The translations under genes and the position numbers were made by a program. DNA of 64,000 nucleotides from Botryllus schlosseri (taxonomy: Eukaryota): the NCBI GenBank assembly GCA_051294905.1, contig CM119371.1:34350001-34414000 (forward strand). Reading direction: 5' to 3'. The notes below the pieces were generated by a model, which saw nothing but the letters and a program-made list of their open reading frames with translations, had not been told where the DNA came from and did no database searches. Of this stretch, positions 25,816-38,222 are shown piece by piece (the stretch's first letter is position 1; every line of letters starts with the position of its first letter).

Positions 25816-26160
25816 TTGTATTGTATAGTATTAATGGGGCACAACACACTTGAGCTTATCGCCTTTTTAGGCCCTGCGTTCCACTATTGAAATTTCATAA
25901 TGTTCATGGGTTTTGATTTCTTATATTCTTGGGTGCGTCTTTCAGCCTCTCACGCAATCATTGTTCGGTCGCTCTCAGTCCCATGCGTCCGATCGTGGTC
26001 GTTACTCCAGACTTATAACTCGGCTCACTTTTCACGCCTGGGCTTTTCAACGCAATGCGGTTGCAGTGAGGTCGGCGATGAGGAGCCCAGATAAACCTCC
26101 GACAAGCAGAAGTTGATCAGATCCGAGATTCGAAACCGCTTCCATTGGTGTCGTGACGCC
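25816..26160 (-). mobile_element. tRNA-derived SINE (family I), degenerate
   Basis: Shares GGTCGGCRATGAGGAGCCCAGATAAACCTC and body with 41124-41427; B-box-like GGTTTCGAATC on the minus strand; boundaries approximate. Confidence 0.7.
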
Positions 26161-26694
26161 CCACCCGTACGTAGTTATATCATTACGGAAAAGAAGTGTT
26201 TGAAATTGGAGTTTCGACGTCACGTGACGTCCGAAACTAGTGTTCGCGATCGCGACTCGTGTTCACACGAGCCAAAACCTTTCAGGGGTTGACATCATTC
26301 CTATACATTTCCATTAACTAATCTGGAAATATTCGAGAAATCGACTTCATCAGTTGGTCAGTGAGCAAAACGTATACAATACAATACATATGCAAACTCC
26401 CTTTAGTCGGGACTGAACCCAATAAATCTAGTGGATTTGAGCAATTTCGGCAGCATTTCGGGGCTTCACCACCCTGCCTCTCCATAAAGGTTTTTGTGAT
26501 ATGAGTCCATACCTGTCGTGATAATAGTGTTTCATATACCATGCTGAACTTTGAACGCCAGTGTATTTTTCCTTAATACTCTTGCATATATAAGATATAT
26601 ACCTTTGAACCGGATGTCAACGCTATTGTTTTGAACTGCTGAGTTCGCTTCCTTTTCGCTTGACGCATTAGAATCAATATCAAAGAATATAGAC

Positions 26695-27381
26695 CAGTGG
26701 TTCTCCAACTAATTTTTGCTCGTGACATATTAGAAAATTTATAAAACACTTGCTGCGCAGTTACAAGAAAGTATTCTTTGGAAGAAAGAAAAAACATACG
26801 TGGTTCACGATGACCATGCTAATTTATACGACTGAAACGAGGCTAAGTTGTTGATAAACGTACCTGCATGTCGTCGTCCAAAATATATATGTTCACATAG
26901 TCATAGAGATGCACAATGCACAATTGCACTAGGCATTGAAATCATGATTGCTTTTGCAGCCACGGAAAGCAGGATTTAGAAGGAGAGGGCCATAACGCTT
27001 CCAATTTTCCGGACACTGCGTTTTCGTAAATCTATGAGTTGACTTCTGCCGAAAAATTGCTGGATTGACTGCTTCGAAATGGACTAACTATCCCTGAGAA
27101 ATAATATTACATTGCAAATTGAAGACCAGTCCTTGGAGTAATTCTTTGCTTATGAGTTGATTCATTCGGTGCGTGAAACGAATTAAAGGCATATAGCAGC
27201 ACAATTTAACAGCAATTTGCCAACTCATTGACTATGCCATGATCGGTTACATTGCAATGGTCACGGTGCTCCATGTGCTAGCATGCATGCCGCATGATAG
27301 AAAATTATGAAGATTTTCTCCAAAATTACAAAAAGCGGCACACGTTGGAATATGTGGCGGCACACAGTTTCAGAATCACAG
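26695..27381. mobile_element. hAT Charlie/Buster-like MITE
   Basis: CAGTGGTTCTCCAACT / AGTTTCAGAATCACAG ends, GCGGCACAC subterminal motifs; perfect TSD ATATAGAC. Confidence 0.8.
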
Positions 27382-28005
27382 ATATAGACACTGCATAGTG
27401 TGAGTTTCTCATCGCTACAGCCATAATTAGAGTTTATCCTGTTTTAACTTCCACATATCTCCTGGATCCTTGCAATATAACAACAGGGAACACAAAACCT
27501 AGACAGATATGCGCATTGATAAATCGATTTCCGGAATTTGACTTCGAAATAATAGTAATAACTCTATAATAACGTCTTTCAAGAAACCGCTGTCGGTCGA
27601 GTTTCCAGATATCCTATGCCCATGCCTCGCTGAGTAACATTTCTGCTGGTTTCCGTTGAGGGTTAAGGGAGCATATGGTAGTGCTGAATCTATGCTCTAA
27701 CTTGCGACATAGCCCATGGTGACTTGTGACATTTATAGCTGAAGCTTATTTGTCCTGTCTGAGATATGGTTGAGTCATAGGTGATATGCACGAATGAGAT
27801 GAACCTGCCGGTGAAGGACAATGGATTTAGGATTATGAGCTACCGACTGGATGTGGAATATCGCACTTTCGTCAAAGTACCATTATGAAAAATATTATTA
27901 AGATAACCGTCTTTCGGTCATTGCCTGTGTTGTTCAATGCAGTTGCTCTAAAACCGGTACATAACCGGAAGTATTTTAATGTATTTCTGAAATAGTTCAA
28001 TCAGG

Positions 28006-28740
28006 CATAGTGTCCTACAATGGTGTTGACACGGCTAAGTCGCACGGCTCACTGCGATTGGTTTACGTCACACTTTCCATTTGACCAAAGAGCTATTTTG
28101 CGGTGTTTGTTTGAGGTATTCATGGTGTTTGTCGACTACAATGGCTATTGACACGAGGCCGATATTTCCTATGTTTTTATTCCGTAGCTGCCGACTTGTA
28201 GCACGGCCAGTTTCTAGGCGTTTAAGACACCGCTTACATTGATGAGATGGTGTGGAGAAGCCTAGATAAACCTCTAACACTCGGTAGGAATTCTGGAGTC
28301 GAACTCGAACCCGCAACCAATTTGTGTTGTTGTAGATGCAAGTCCGGCCGAGGTCGACTCCAGAATACCTACCTAAGTGTTGGAGGTTTGCGTTTGCGGT
28401 AATTTTTAACGGGCTTGCCGAGGGCCAAACTTGATATAATTAGTATCAATCGAAAACTGCCGCTGTATTGAATACGAAGACATAAATTTTATTCGGCTCC
28501 CGACCCTGGAACCTCCACAATTAGGATTGAATTTTGCATCGCGATGGAGTTTGTCATCGTGGCGTGCAATGCAGTCGCTAAGCAGGTGACGAGCAGCGCA
28601 AACCGCAAGCGTATATGCCATTGTTGCGTAAGCGATTGAGCTTTTACATTCTCACTCTCGCTTCGTACTTGCTCCTGGTCAGTGAAGCTGTTTGGAATCA
28701 TCATGGAAAATCTACGCACGTTAGTGGATATGACATATCT
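28006..28740. mobile_element. Diverged relative of the 11134-11801 foldback family, interrupted by a SINE
   Basis: Starts CATAGTGTCCTACAATGGTGTTGACA; 28420-28660 resembles the arm and loop of 11134-11801; right boundary approximate. Confidence 0.55.
28105..28392 (-). mobile_element. SINE (family J) with an inverted duplication at its 5' end
   Basis: Body homologous to 8201-8363 and 33353-33625; flanked by TTTGCGGT (28097-28104, 28393-28400). Confidence 0.75.
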
Positions 28741-29704
28741 GTGAAGTCGTTATCAAGTCACGTCAATTTCAAATTGTCATAAAATAGGTATATGGTCAAA
28801 AATACTAAATGATCTTTAATATGGTGAAGAACTGGCATTATATTCTTTGTGGTCGCATAAAAGGTACTTATTTGAAATCCCCACGTCATTCATGCGGTTG
28901 TGACGTCGTAATGAGTAATACTCTAACATTCGACTCGACTCGAATCCTAAAACTCGATTCTGGATCGAATCACTCAAGTGCTCGAATTTGCATAGCCCTG
29001 CTCCCTACGACCAGCCATACGATATAGAACATTGCAGTCTATCTATGCACTGAGTGGTGTATATGTATAGAATGTAACCTTGCAGCAGTTTCAGTGTCAG
29101 TATATTATTATTTTAATCATTTCAAAACACCACACAACTGCGATAAAATGCAAAGGAAGGTGTCGAAGTGACTTCGAGTAGTCTTGGAAATAAGACACCC
29201 ACCTGGACCTAGGGCCTAGGCGATGTAAAAAAAGAGGCATGCACAGTGCACACTGCATGAAAAGTAAAGCAGAGAATATAAAAGGCAAGCGACAGAATGT
29301 GGTGGCATTTTGCGGAAGGATGAGATTGATATGCTAGGTCGTGGTCCAGTAATCTTGAGGGCTGACTAGTATTCATGCTTACAAACATTTCATCCCGTCA
29401 TTCACTCGTGATGAAGTGTATTTCTGCAAGTACATGCCCTTTAGCATCACATTAATCTTTTTCATTTGGGATTGAACATCGAATGTTCTTGATACGTGTG
29501 AATCATTTCGTACATCGATATTTCGAGCCCGTATAATCCTGTGAATGCGCCTGGTGGAGGAGTTGCTCATACTTACCGACGGTGTGTGGCTAGTTATACA
29601 TGAGCAATGTCTTTCAGTGCGGATGTTATGATTCAAAATCGTGCGGCTTGAGCTAGCGCATGCAATGACACGTCTGCTAGTCAATTCTTTACTCCATGCT
29701 ACCC

Positions 29705-29715
29705 GGGGAACTCCC
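29705..29715 (+). promoter_or_regulatory. NF-kB/Rel consensus site GGGGAACTCCC upstream of E2 paralogue 2
   Basis: Matches GGGRNNYYCC; about 73 bp upstream of the ATG; TATA-like CATATATATAC at 29738-29748 lies between it and the ATG. Confidence 0.7.
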
Positions 29716-29787
29716 TAGGAGTTGTGTTTGCGAATGGCATATATATACGCCAGACTACCGGTAACATTATTTCGCTCGAAGTGAAAC

Positions 29788-30309
29788 ATGGCTTTCAAGC
29801 GACTAAAGTACGAGTACAAGAAATTCCTGCAACAGCCTAGCAATTCTCCCATTAGAGCAGGACCGGTCGACGATTCAGATCTGTACCGGTGGTGGGCAAC
29901 AATCGAAGGACCTGAAGAAACGCCGTTCGCAGGCGGATTGTTTAAAATATTAATAGAATATTCAACGGAGTATCCGTTTAAACCGCCGAAAATGCGATTC
30001 GAGACTAAGATATTCCATCCCAATGTAAGCAGAAGAGGGACGATATGCGTAGACATTTTGCAAAAGCAATGGTCACCAGCGTTAACTACATCGAAAGTGC
30101 TTCTGTCAATATGTTCCTTACTGGCTTCTCCTAATCCGGACGACCCGATGGATGCAGAGAGTGCAGATTTGTACTTAAAAAATAGAGAATTGTATTTCGA
30201 ACAGGCCAAGCAATGGACGGAAATGTATGCCATCTCTCACACTACGCCTTGCAAGGGTAAAGTTCCGTTGCATACGGGCACATCACGAGACGCTATACAG
30301 GCCAATTGA
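29788..30309 (+). CDS. Ubiquitin-conjugating enzyme E2, UBE2D/Ubc4-5-like, intronless paralogue 2 (173 aa)
   Basis: Same UBC motifs (HPNVSRRGTICVDILQKQWSPAL, PNPDDP). Core protein near-identical to copies 1 and 3 with many synonymous differences; distinct C-terminal tail. Confidence 0.95.
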   Translation: MAFKRLKYEYKKFLQQPSNSPIRAGPVDDSDLYRWWATIEGPEETPFAGGLFKILIEYSTEYPFKPPKMRFETKIFHPNVSRRGTICVDILQKQWSPALTTSKVLLSICSLLASPNPDDPMDAESADLYLKNRELYFEQAKQWTEMYAISHTTPCKGKVPLHTGTSRDAIQAN

Positions 30310-31778
30310 ATATGATGTGTGCCGGTTGAGGAGAATTTATTCACAGTTTTGATTATGATAAAGTTTGGGATAGTTGGAGCGATTGCAAAACATGATTTAT
30401 ACATGTATCGCGGTCGATTGCTGCCTAACATCAAATACACAGAACAGGACCGATGGACATCCGCGATTTTGCCTGAATTCAAGCCTCTATACACGGCGGT
30501 TCCGATCGAATCTGCTGACGTGCATTGATGGTTTACAGCTGTGTGTGTTTACAGTTTATTTCGCTGAATTTCCTTATTCATGCACTGATCATTCGGATAC
30601 TATATGGATCATGAACTCGAAAACAAACAAATATAACTCGCAAAGCCTTTATTTCACATAAAAAATCTTTTTTATGCAACCGCAATCATAGTTTTATGTT
30701 TTATTTGGCACAGTGAACTCATGATCGATAAATTGCTACATCCTTCAAAATGTGACCGTATGTGACCGTATTCTCGACGTTATTCATCGTAGAGTCGAAG
30801 CATAATTGAAACTTTAATGCTTGAATACAAAAACTACGTATCCCTCTTATTCATACTCTTCACTGTGGCATTTCTTTTCTCACTTTTAAAGTCCGTTAGA
30901 TGGCCGAAGTTATTATCCAATATTTTTATACGATTCATGTATGAGCTTACAAAATTAAACGAAATAAAATCACAACTACTGTCGCATATAATCGTCAATT
31001 CACACATATTATTAGTAAGCTTTCATGATCGCAGTTTAGACAGTTTCAAGCTTTCAAATCTTCGTGACCAAAGTGCACTAGGCAACAGAAAGCGAACGAG
31101 TCACACGTTAACTTTCCATGGAGTGTCGAAGGGCGGTTTAGTTGCTATCGCTACAGCCTACTCCATTCGAATCTCAAGAGTGAAGATTATAGTACTGTAA
31201 AGACAACCGCAATGTAAATACTGATTATTAACGAGATGGTGGTTCGGTAGCTGCAGACATCGTAGAGACACACGTAAGTAAACATCCGTCTGTCATTTCC
31301 AAAATCAGGATTCGTGTCCCTTAATACGCGTTAACGCACATAACAAAATACAATCTTCATTCTTCTCACCAGCACTTATTTAACACATTCACTGAAGACA
31401 TTACCAATAGTCCTGCGACGTCAGTATTGATATGCACGGGGCCTACGATAGGCCCCGATATGCACTTCCTCGTGAGGCATCACCAAACAATTCCATGATC
31501 CCTGCTGTACAGTGTACATGTACAATTGAACATTGTACAGAAAAGTCACTATCTGAATCCAAATGCTCCATACTAGCACAATCAAATCCCAAATACGAAT
31601 ACAATCGCGGATGGGTTAACTTATATCAGTAAACGCAAACTTCACTTAACCTGCGTAAATTTCGTAGCGTGGTACGATCCAGCCAGTATCGGTAACGATG
31701 TACTGATATCAGGGAATACATATACATCAGATCTTCCCTTACCACTTACACTTAACTGAAATAGTTCAGTGTTTAGAC

Positions 31779-32391
31779 CAGTGGTTCCAAAACTAATCGA
31801 TCTTCCCTCTTGGGCGCGATTCTGAGCGACAAGAGTATAAAAATAACGAAGGAGGCTCTTGAGGGCGAAAATGTTCGTAGAGAGCGATAGGAGGCTGTAA
31901 ATGCCAGAACGTACTGTCGACTGTATTTAATTAACAGCCTGGTTTCTTGCAAAGTTTAATGTACACTCGAAGGGTGTTGATAGAAAATCGACTTAATGCT
32001 CGATTAATCCTAGCCTAGCCCGTCAAAAGGTGAAAAGGAACAAATCAGGTACATTTGCTTTCACATTGCTTATATTGAACTTATTTATGACTTCTCTCAA
32101 CGCGCTTTCGAAGTGAATCCAAAATCCACTTTTCACTCGAGCAAAAATCACCATTCAAGCATAAAAAAACTGTTGAAGCAAATGTAGCATACAAACAAAA
32201 CTACTTGTGTAGGTGACACAAGTACACGGACCAAGCTTGAGTTAGTATTACAAGTGGAAAAAACATACTTGATTACCACGGCAAAGATGAAGTAATTCGT
32301 CATTGATAACCTCTAGCATTTGGGGGCGCTGAAGATAGGTCAGTCGATTTGGATAAGGGGGTGACGGGTCAAAAAAGTTTCGGAACTACTA
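31779..32391. mobile_element. hAT Charlie/Buster-like MITE (old relative of the 44639 family)
   Basis: CAGTGGTTCCAAAACT / AGTTTCGGAACTACTA ends; TSD GTTTAGAC/GTTTAGAT; GGGCG-type motifs. Confidence 0.75.
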
Positions 32392-32643
32392 GTTTAGATC
32401 AACTCCCATAAACCTCATGAACTCGATACGCATTTTAACTGTTGAAAGTTATCGCGTGGTATAGTAGCATTTACGATTTAATAAACGTTTTCTCTGAATT
32501 GATTTTGACTTTGAGCAATAATTCCACTGCAGTAGCATCCGGAATTAATTCCACTCCTACCTAAGGTTACCATACGTTCTCCTTTCGGAGGATTTGTCCA
32601 CCATTTTCAGGTTTTTGAAAATGTCCTCCGAGGACGCCAAATG

Positions 32644-34006
32644 CACGGTTGTTACGAAGTCACAAGGTTCCGAGTCACAACTCACAAGTCAATCTCACTT
32701 TCATAGTTTTGACGCGAGTCAAGTGGAGTCATTTTAGATTCACCGCCGAGTCAAGTCCGAGTCCAAGTCACGTAGCAGAGTGTCAAGTCCAAGTTGTAAC
32801 GTACTTTTGGTCGTAGCTTAGTTACGATAGTACGTTATATTTGGCTCGATTAGAGACTTGGCTGTATCAACTTAGACTGTTCGAGTAGCTTGCTAACTCA
32901 ATTCCAACCACTACCTAGTTTCTATGCGTCCTATTATCCGAGCCTACCCCTGAGACACGGTCAAAGTAATTCAAACAATTACAGAAATAGGATCACAAAT
33001 TTATCAAATGATAGTCCACGTCAACTTCATGGCAGTGGCTACAAATCGGTTAACAACAGTTAACTCTCTAGGCTAAACTGATAATCTAAATGAATAACGA
33101 CAATTACCTCAATGATGCACCAAACGTCCAAACAATACAATAATCGAATCCCTTATACCCCTAATTTTGACTAATTTGAATCACTGACAAAAAAACTTAT
33201 CACCAGCACCAAGCCTCAAACTGATTAACAAATCACGCGGGTACGGATGACTGCTAAAGTCACTATTGAGCTCCAAGGCTCACGGACACTCAACATTTCT
33301 CGTGTTACACAAGTCACAGTGTTTTGACGCAAGTCCGAGTCCAAGTCATTGTTTTTTTTTCGTGGTAATCATGGTGTTTGTCGACTATTATGGTCATTTA
33401 CAGAAGGCCGATATTCTTCATTTTTATTCTGCAACTGCCGACTTGTAGCACGGCCCACTTCTAGGCATTTTGTGAGACACCGCTTACGCGGATGAGGTGG
33501 CGAGGAGGAGCCGAGATAAACCTCTAACACTTACGTATACGAATTTTGAAGTCGACCACAGTTGGACTCAAACCAACAACCCATTGGTGTTGCAGCCGCA
33601 GATTATACCACTGCGCTGTCTCGCCAAAAGTCATTGTGTTGGCTGTTCAGTTACGAGTTAATGTCATGTGATACCCACTTTTTACAACTCTACTTGGTGA
33701 TATAGAATGCTTTGCAATCACAATATACTAATTTTTTCTCACTTTTAACAGTTTCTGATAGATTTTTCAAGTACCAGTAATGATAGACGAAATAATATTA
33801 GTGTGATAACTTTGTAATTCTTCGAAATTACCATGAAATGCCGGCCTTGGTAGGTATACCCAGTCTCGAGTCATATGACTTGGTCCGAGTCATGCGCAAT
33901 GACTCGAGTACAAGTCGAGTCAATACATAAATTGACTCGAGTCGAGTCATTTTTCAGTTTTAAGAAAATGATTCGAGTCAAGTCGAGTCACCAGAAAATC
34001 GCCCTG
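32644..34006 (-). mobile_element. GACTCGAGTC-rich MITE (family H), inverted copy
   Basis: Reverse-complement homology to 52314-52825 and 57126-57611 (e.g. CTCGAGTCATATGACTTGGTCCGAGTCATGCGCAATGACTCGAGT). Confidence 0.8.
33353..33625 (-). mobile_element. Full-length tRNA-derived SINE (family J)
   Basis: Minus-strand head GGCGAGACAGCGCAGTGGT (A box) ..GGTTTGAGTCC (B box); A-rich tail; 10-bp TSD AAGTCATTGT (33343-33352, 33628-33637). Confidence 0.85.
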
Positions 34007-34327
34007 CCTAAATATCCTCCTTTATGGCAATTCGTCCTCCTTCACAGTTTTTAGAGGCAAGATGATTCATGGATCCGAGTGAAAATGGACATAAATGACG
34101 CTAAACAGGAAATTCGTGGTCCTAACGTAAGTGAAAGAAAAACTGTAATTCGGGAGTTGAAGCCGAAAGTTGACATTTACCATCAATTTCGTGGTAACTT
34201 TACCAATTTTTCCGGATTTTACTCCAGGAATATAAGTTTGAAAATTTTGATAAGGTGTCCTCCTTTCCCGACTCCAAAATATGGAAAGCGTATCTTACCA
34301 CTATAATCCGCGTAAGTATTAACCTAC

Positions 34328-34750
34328 GATAGTGTGGACTCAACCAAATCGACGCGGCTCACTGAAAGTGAACAACGGCACGGCGAGAGTGAGAGTGAGA
34401 GTGAGACTGATAGTGGTCAACCAGTGGCGCAGCAATGAGCAATACGGTCGTGGCTTGCGCCGCCGGTCATTTGCTTCCGAGGTGAGGCATCATTATTGCA
34501 AACGGTGATACTGCATCGCAATGCCAAACTCCGTCACAATTCGACGCTGATTTGTGGGGGCTCCGGGGCTACGAGCAGAATAAAGTTTATATTTTCGTAA
34601 TCAGTACCGCGTCAGCTTTCGATTGATACCCGGTAATTCAATTTAGCAATCGCGAAGTAAGTTTAAATATTGTCGTAAATTGTATTCAGTAAAATGGCGA
34701 GAATTCCGCATCCCAGACGCAGTGAGCCGCTCGATTTGGTTCTGTCGTAC
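34328..34750. mobile_element. Diverged relative of the 11134-11801 foldback family
   Basis: GAGAGTGAGAGT loop and CAGAATAAA..ATATTTTCG..TCAGTACCG..ATTGATACCC match 11446-11660; boundaries approximate. Confidence 0.55.
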
Positions 34751-35310
34751 AGTCCACGCAATTGTATGAAACTCTGGTCGTACAGAAAACAAGAACGAAA
34801 GTGGTGTTTCTTTCTACAAGACGGTAGATTAGGATTCATAATAATGAATATCGGCCTGGTGTAAATGACCAATGAATGACCACAGTAGTCCAAACACTGT
34901 GAATACGAAAATAACAGTCGAATCCGATAGTCGTAGTAGCTGCAGCAGCTGACGTGGTTGCGCGTATACATGATTAAGTTCACATGTCGTCGATTGAATT
35001 GTTTACTACATACTATGCTCCCCAATTGAAGCACATGGATTTGCTCACGTCGCATGACAATGGTCTCGTATTCGAGAGAACTTGTTCACTACGTTCATCA
35101 TAGATCGAAACAAAAACGTAGTTCCGACGTAGTGTCGTGTAATGAAGGAACTAGAAAGTACCGTATTACGAATGGAAACCTTGTTGACTGACGAGGTAGA
35201 CCTGCATGCGCTGTCTTTGTATATAATACAAAGCAATAAACCACCATTTATGAGATCTATTCAGCCTATAAAACGGTACATTTGTACCCTTCTGTTGCAG
35301 TTCTATCTAG

Positions 35311-35731
35311 CAGAGATGAGCGGATTTGAAATTTCTATGTTCTAATCCAATCCAAATCCGAACCTTCAAATCCAAATCCAAATCCTAATTCATAACTTTC
35401 ACATATTCAAGTCCATGTCCAATCCTAATCCGATTCCAACTGGAAATTCAGAAAAAAAATGATTTATGCAATGGAGGGATTCGAAAATTTTCTTTGACAA
35501 CCAACGATTCACTTGATTCAGTATTACCTAGTAACCATAAGTACATTAATAACTGATTTGAATAAAGTTTGTCGCCATTCGCCACACGACATTTCAATCT
35601 CCCAGAAAATAGATAAATCCAAATCCTACTCCGTTCTGAAAAAAATGTCTAATCCAAATCCAATCCAAATCCGACAAAATTTCACAAATCCTGTTTTTTC
35701 AAAACCTAATCCTAATCCATGCTCATCTCTG
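35311..35731. mobile_element. hAT-type MITE with (AATCC)-rich subterminal repeats
   Basis: TIR CAGAGATGAGC; perfect TSD CTATCTAG (35303-35310, 35732-35739). Confidence 0.9.
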
Positions 35732-36789
35732 CTATCTAGTCTCCTATACTCGCCATCAATTCCGCAAGGAGTAGGACGAAAGTGTGCAGTACTCTAAGTA
35801 GGCAGTTCCGGAATTACGAACGGGAGTATCGGCCTGGCGTGGAATGAACATTAACAATGCAGTAGAGACAATGTGAATTCTGAAACAATAATACACTGCA
35901 ATACAATACAATACCGGTTTTATTATTGTAACTGTAACTGTAACTGTGACTGTGTAACTGTATTCAGTATTCAATTTTGATCTTTTCTGGTTTTCTGTCG
36001 ACAAGTGGTTGTTAACCGGGCTCTCCCGAGCCCCCGGAGTTCGATGCGCCAGCCGCAAAGGTCACTGGAGGTCAACACACAGACGCGACTCATAAAGGAG
36101 AATTCACACTGTTTTAAAGCAAACATACATAATGATCTTTTGGTTTGGTGTGGAAATCATAATTTTTTAGTTTTGCTCTGATGCACGGTTCATTTTTTCA
36201 TCACTATTCGTGTAGCGTAGTAAACTTTTTTTGTGACTAGACTAGGCGAATATTTGGGCTTAGATGAGAGCTTGCAGATTGCAGCCAGTTTAGTAAAGGT
36301 TGGGAACCACTGCTTTAGACGCTTTTCCATGTATTCGTCCTTCACTATCTCTGCTCTACATAGGGACTGAGGATCCGAATCAAGCTCCGGCATTTCGAAG
36401 CGTGTTTTCACATTGAACCATTGACAAAAGCATATGCATTCAGTGATATATTACCTGGATTTAACTTACACAGGGCTTCAACGGCTTCGGGAGACCACTT
36501 ACCAAAATTTACATCCCATTCATCTGGATTCGAGATGAACCTGGTAAAGTTGAGTCATAAAGCCATAATTTGGTTGTCTGGTTGTCTTGCTCATACCGCA
36601 TATGCAACTATATAGTCACCCACGGACTGTTTCTATTTGTCCCTGGGTAATTTTACCGACTATATATCAACGATTCGTCAGCTGTGCGCGCTCGCTTTGT
36701 CATCGTCACACGTCAATGAATGATCTTATTAATTTGCGGAAATTGATATAAATCACCGACCTGACTGAAATAAGGTTAGATGATGATGT

Positions 36790-37140
36790 CTGTCGTTGCA
36801 TTTAACTAAAATCACACTCATTAGAAAACAATGGTACAATGAAATATAGTAGGTGACTAGGTCTCGAGCTGGTGGATATTGACAATATTGCGCAAAATGT
36901 ATCAGTGATCAGCTGACCACACTCGACACGGCATATCTCAATGACTTATTCCGAGGTTTTCAGTATTGAAATACTGTCGTTTCTATTGACTAAAGTATCA
37001 CTCATCATAAAACAATAGTATTTGGTGTAATGGTAGGTGAGGAGCTGGTGTTAAATAACATTTTATGAATAACGTGCAAAATGTACCAGTAACCCCACAA
37101 CACACGGCATACCACAATGTCTATATTATTCAGAGGTCGT
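36790..37140. repeat. Diverged tandem duplication, two units of ~185 bp
   Basis: TGTCGTT..ACTAAA..CACTCAT..AAAACAAT..GTAGGTGA..GAGCTGGTG..GCAAAATGTA..CACGGCATA..GAGGT occurs twice in the same order. Confidence 0.7.
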
Positions 37141-37355
37141 GACTATCGATGGACTTTTTCTTTTTCTGAGTATACTGAATCATGCTTTGCCTACTCGCAC
37201 TACTTTCTCCAGTGGGTATGCTTTCAGATTAGTACCAGCACTTTCATTTGGCAATTGTTATAGACAAAATTACGGAACATTCGCACCTTGACTAATTTTG
37301 AAATTGTCATAACAATTGCGCGAAATGGTCCCTGTAGCACGGCAGCTTAATATAT

Positions 37356-38222
37356 TGGGGCAAGTTTTGTTGCACTAAAATCACGAGAAAGCTGCATTTA
37401 ATTTTAACAAAAGTTGCAGTAAAAAGTTGCATTTATAATTTTGTTGAATTAGTAGGGTATGAGACACTCGAAAGGCCCCGTTGTATAACCTAGTTCCTGC
37501 AGAGCTGTCAAATTTGTTACTTCGCCATTTAACGGTTTGACGAAACCTCCCAAAATTACATTTTTCCCGGCACACAGCAAGAAAATTACGCAATGCGGAA
37601 ATAATTTCCCAAAAAATTCCAAACAGCATAGCGATAACCCCCTCCCCTTAAAACAAGTAGAAAAACACACACCAAACCTCCTAGGTCCGCAAACTTGACC
37701 ATGGGCAGTACAGAAAAATTCACTCTTGGCGACTTTAACAAAATCAATAGCCTGAAGAACGGGACCCAGTAAAAATGTAGTTTTCGGCGGTCTCGCCTGA
37801 GCGTTCGTGAAATGGGAAACTATTTCAAATTTAAATGACAGAATTAATAAAGCGATCTATTTACATATTATTCGGGCACAGTCGTGCTTGGCAGGGGGAG
37901 TTGAACGTCTCTCCATTGTGTCATAGATAACAGTGAGATGCAGCTAACCCATCATATAGCTCTTTGTTATGCAAATCGAAGAGAGTAGAACCATGCAGAA
38001 ATAGTTATGGTATGTTTTTAAATCACTCCATTACGTTTTTACGCAATATTTGATAAAAGTTCCAGTAAAAATTGGCTATGAAAAATAGAGAAAAGTGGCA
38101 AAAAGTTGCACTATTAAATCCTTCCAAACAGCTTGAAACACCATAGTACATAAATTCTGAGGATCTACGAAGCTGCCGGAAGCTGTAAAAAAAAGTTGCG
38201 AAAGTAGCAAAAACTTGCCCTA
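37356..38222. mobile_element. Probable MITE with AAAAGTTGC subterminal repeats
   Basis: Ends TGGGGCAAGTTTT / AAAAACTTGCCCTA; repeated AAAAGTTGC near both ends; TSD not clear. Confidence 0.55.

Larger units (their letters stand above)
32562..34292 (+). mobile_element. Tip100-like MITE carrying nested insertions
   Basis: Left end TAAGGTTACCATACGT..GAGGATTTGTCC matches 24943; right end ..TGTCCTCC..CAAAATATGGAAAGCGTA matches 25399; interior holds a GACTC element and a SINE. Confidence 0.7.

Noticed and set aside
33540..33625. Additional tRNA genes (also 41360-41427)
   Set aside because: A and B boxes are present but there is no intact cloverleaf; these are SINE heads.
34663..35055. 130-aa minus-strand ORF
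   Set aside because: Overlaps a SINE J tail fragment (~34845-34905) and a foldback relic; no recognisable domain.
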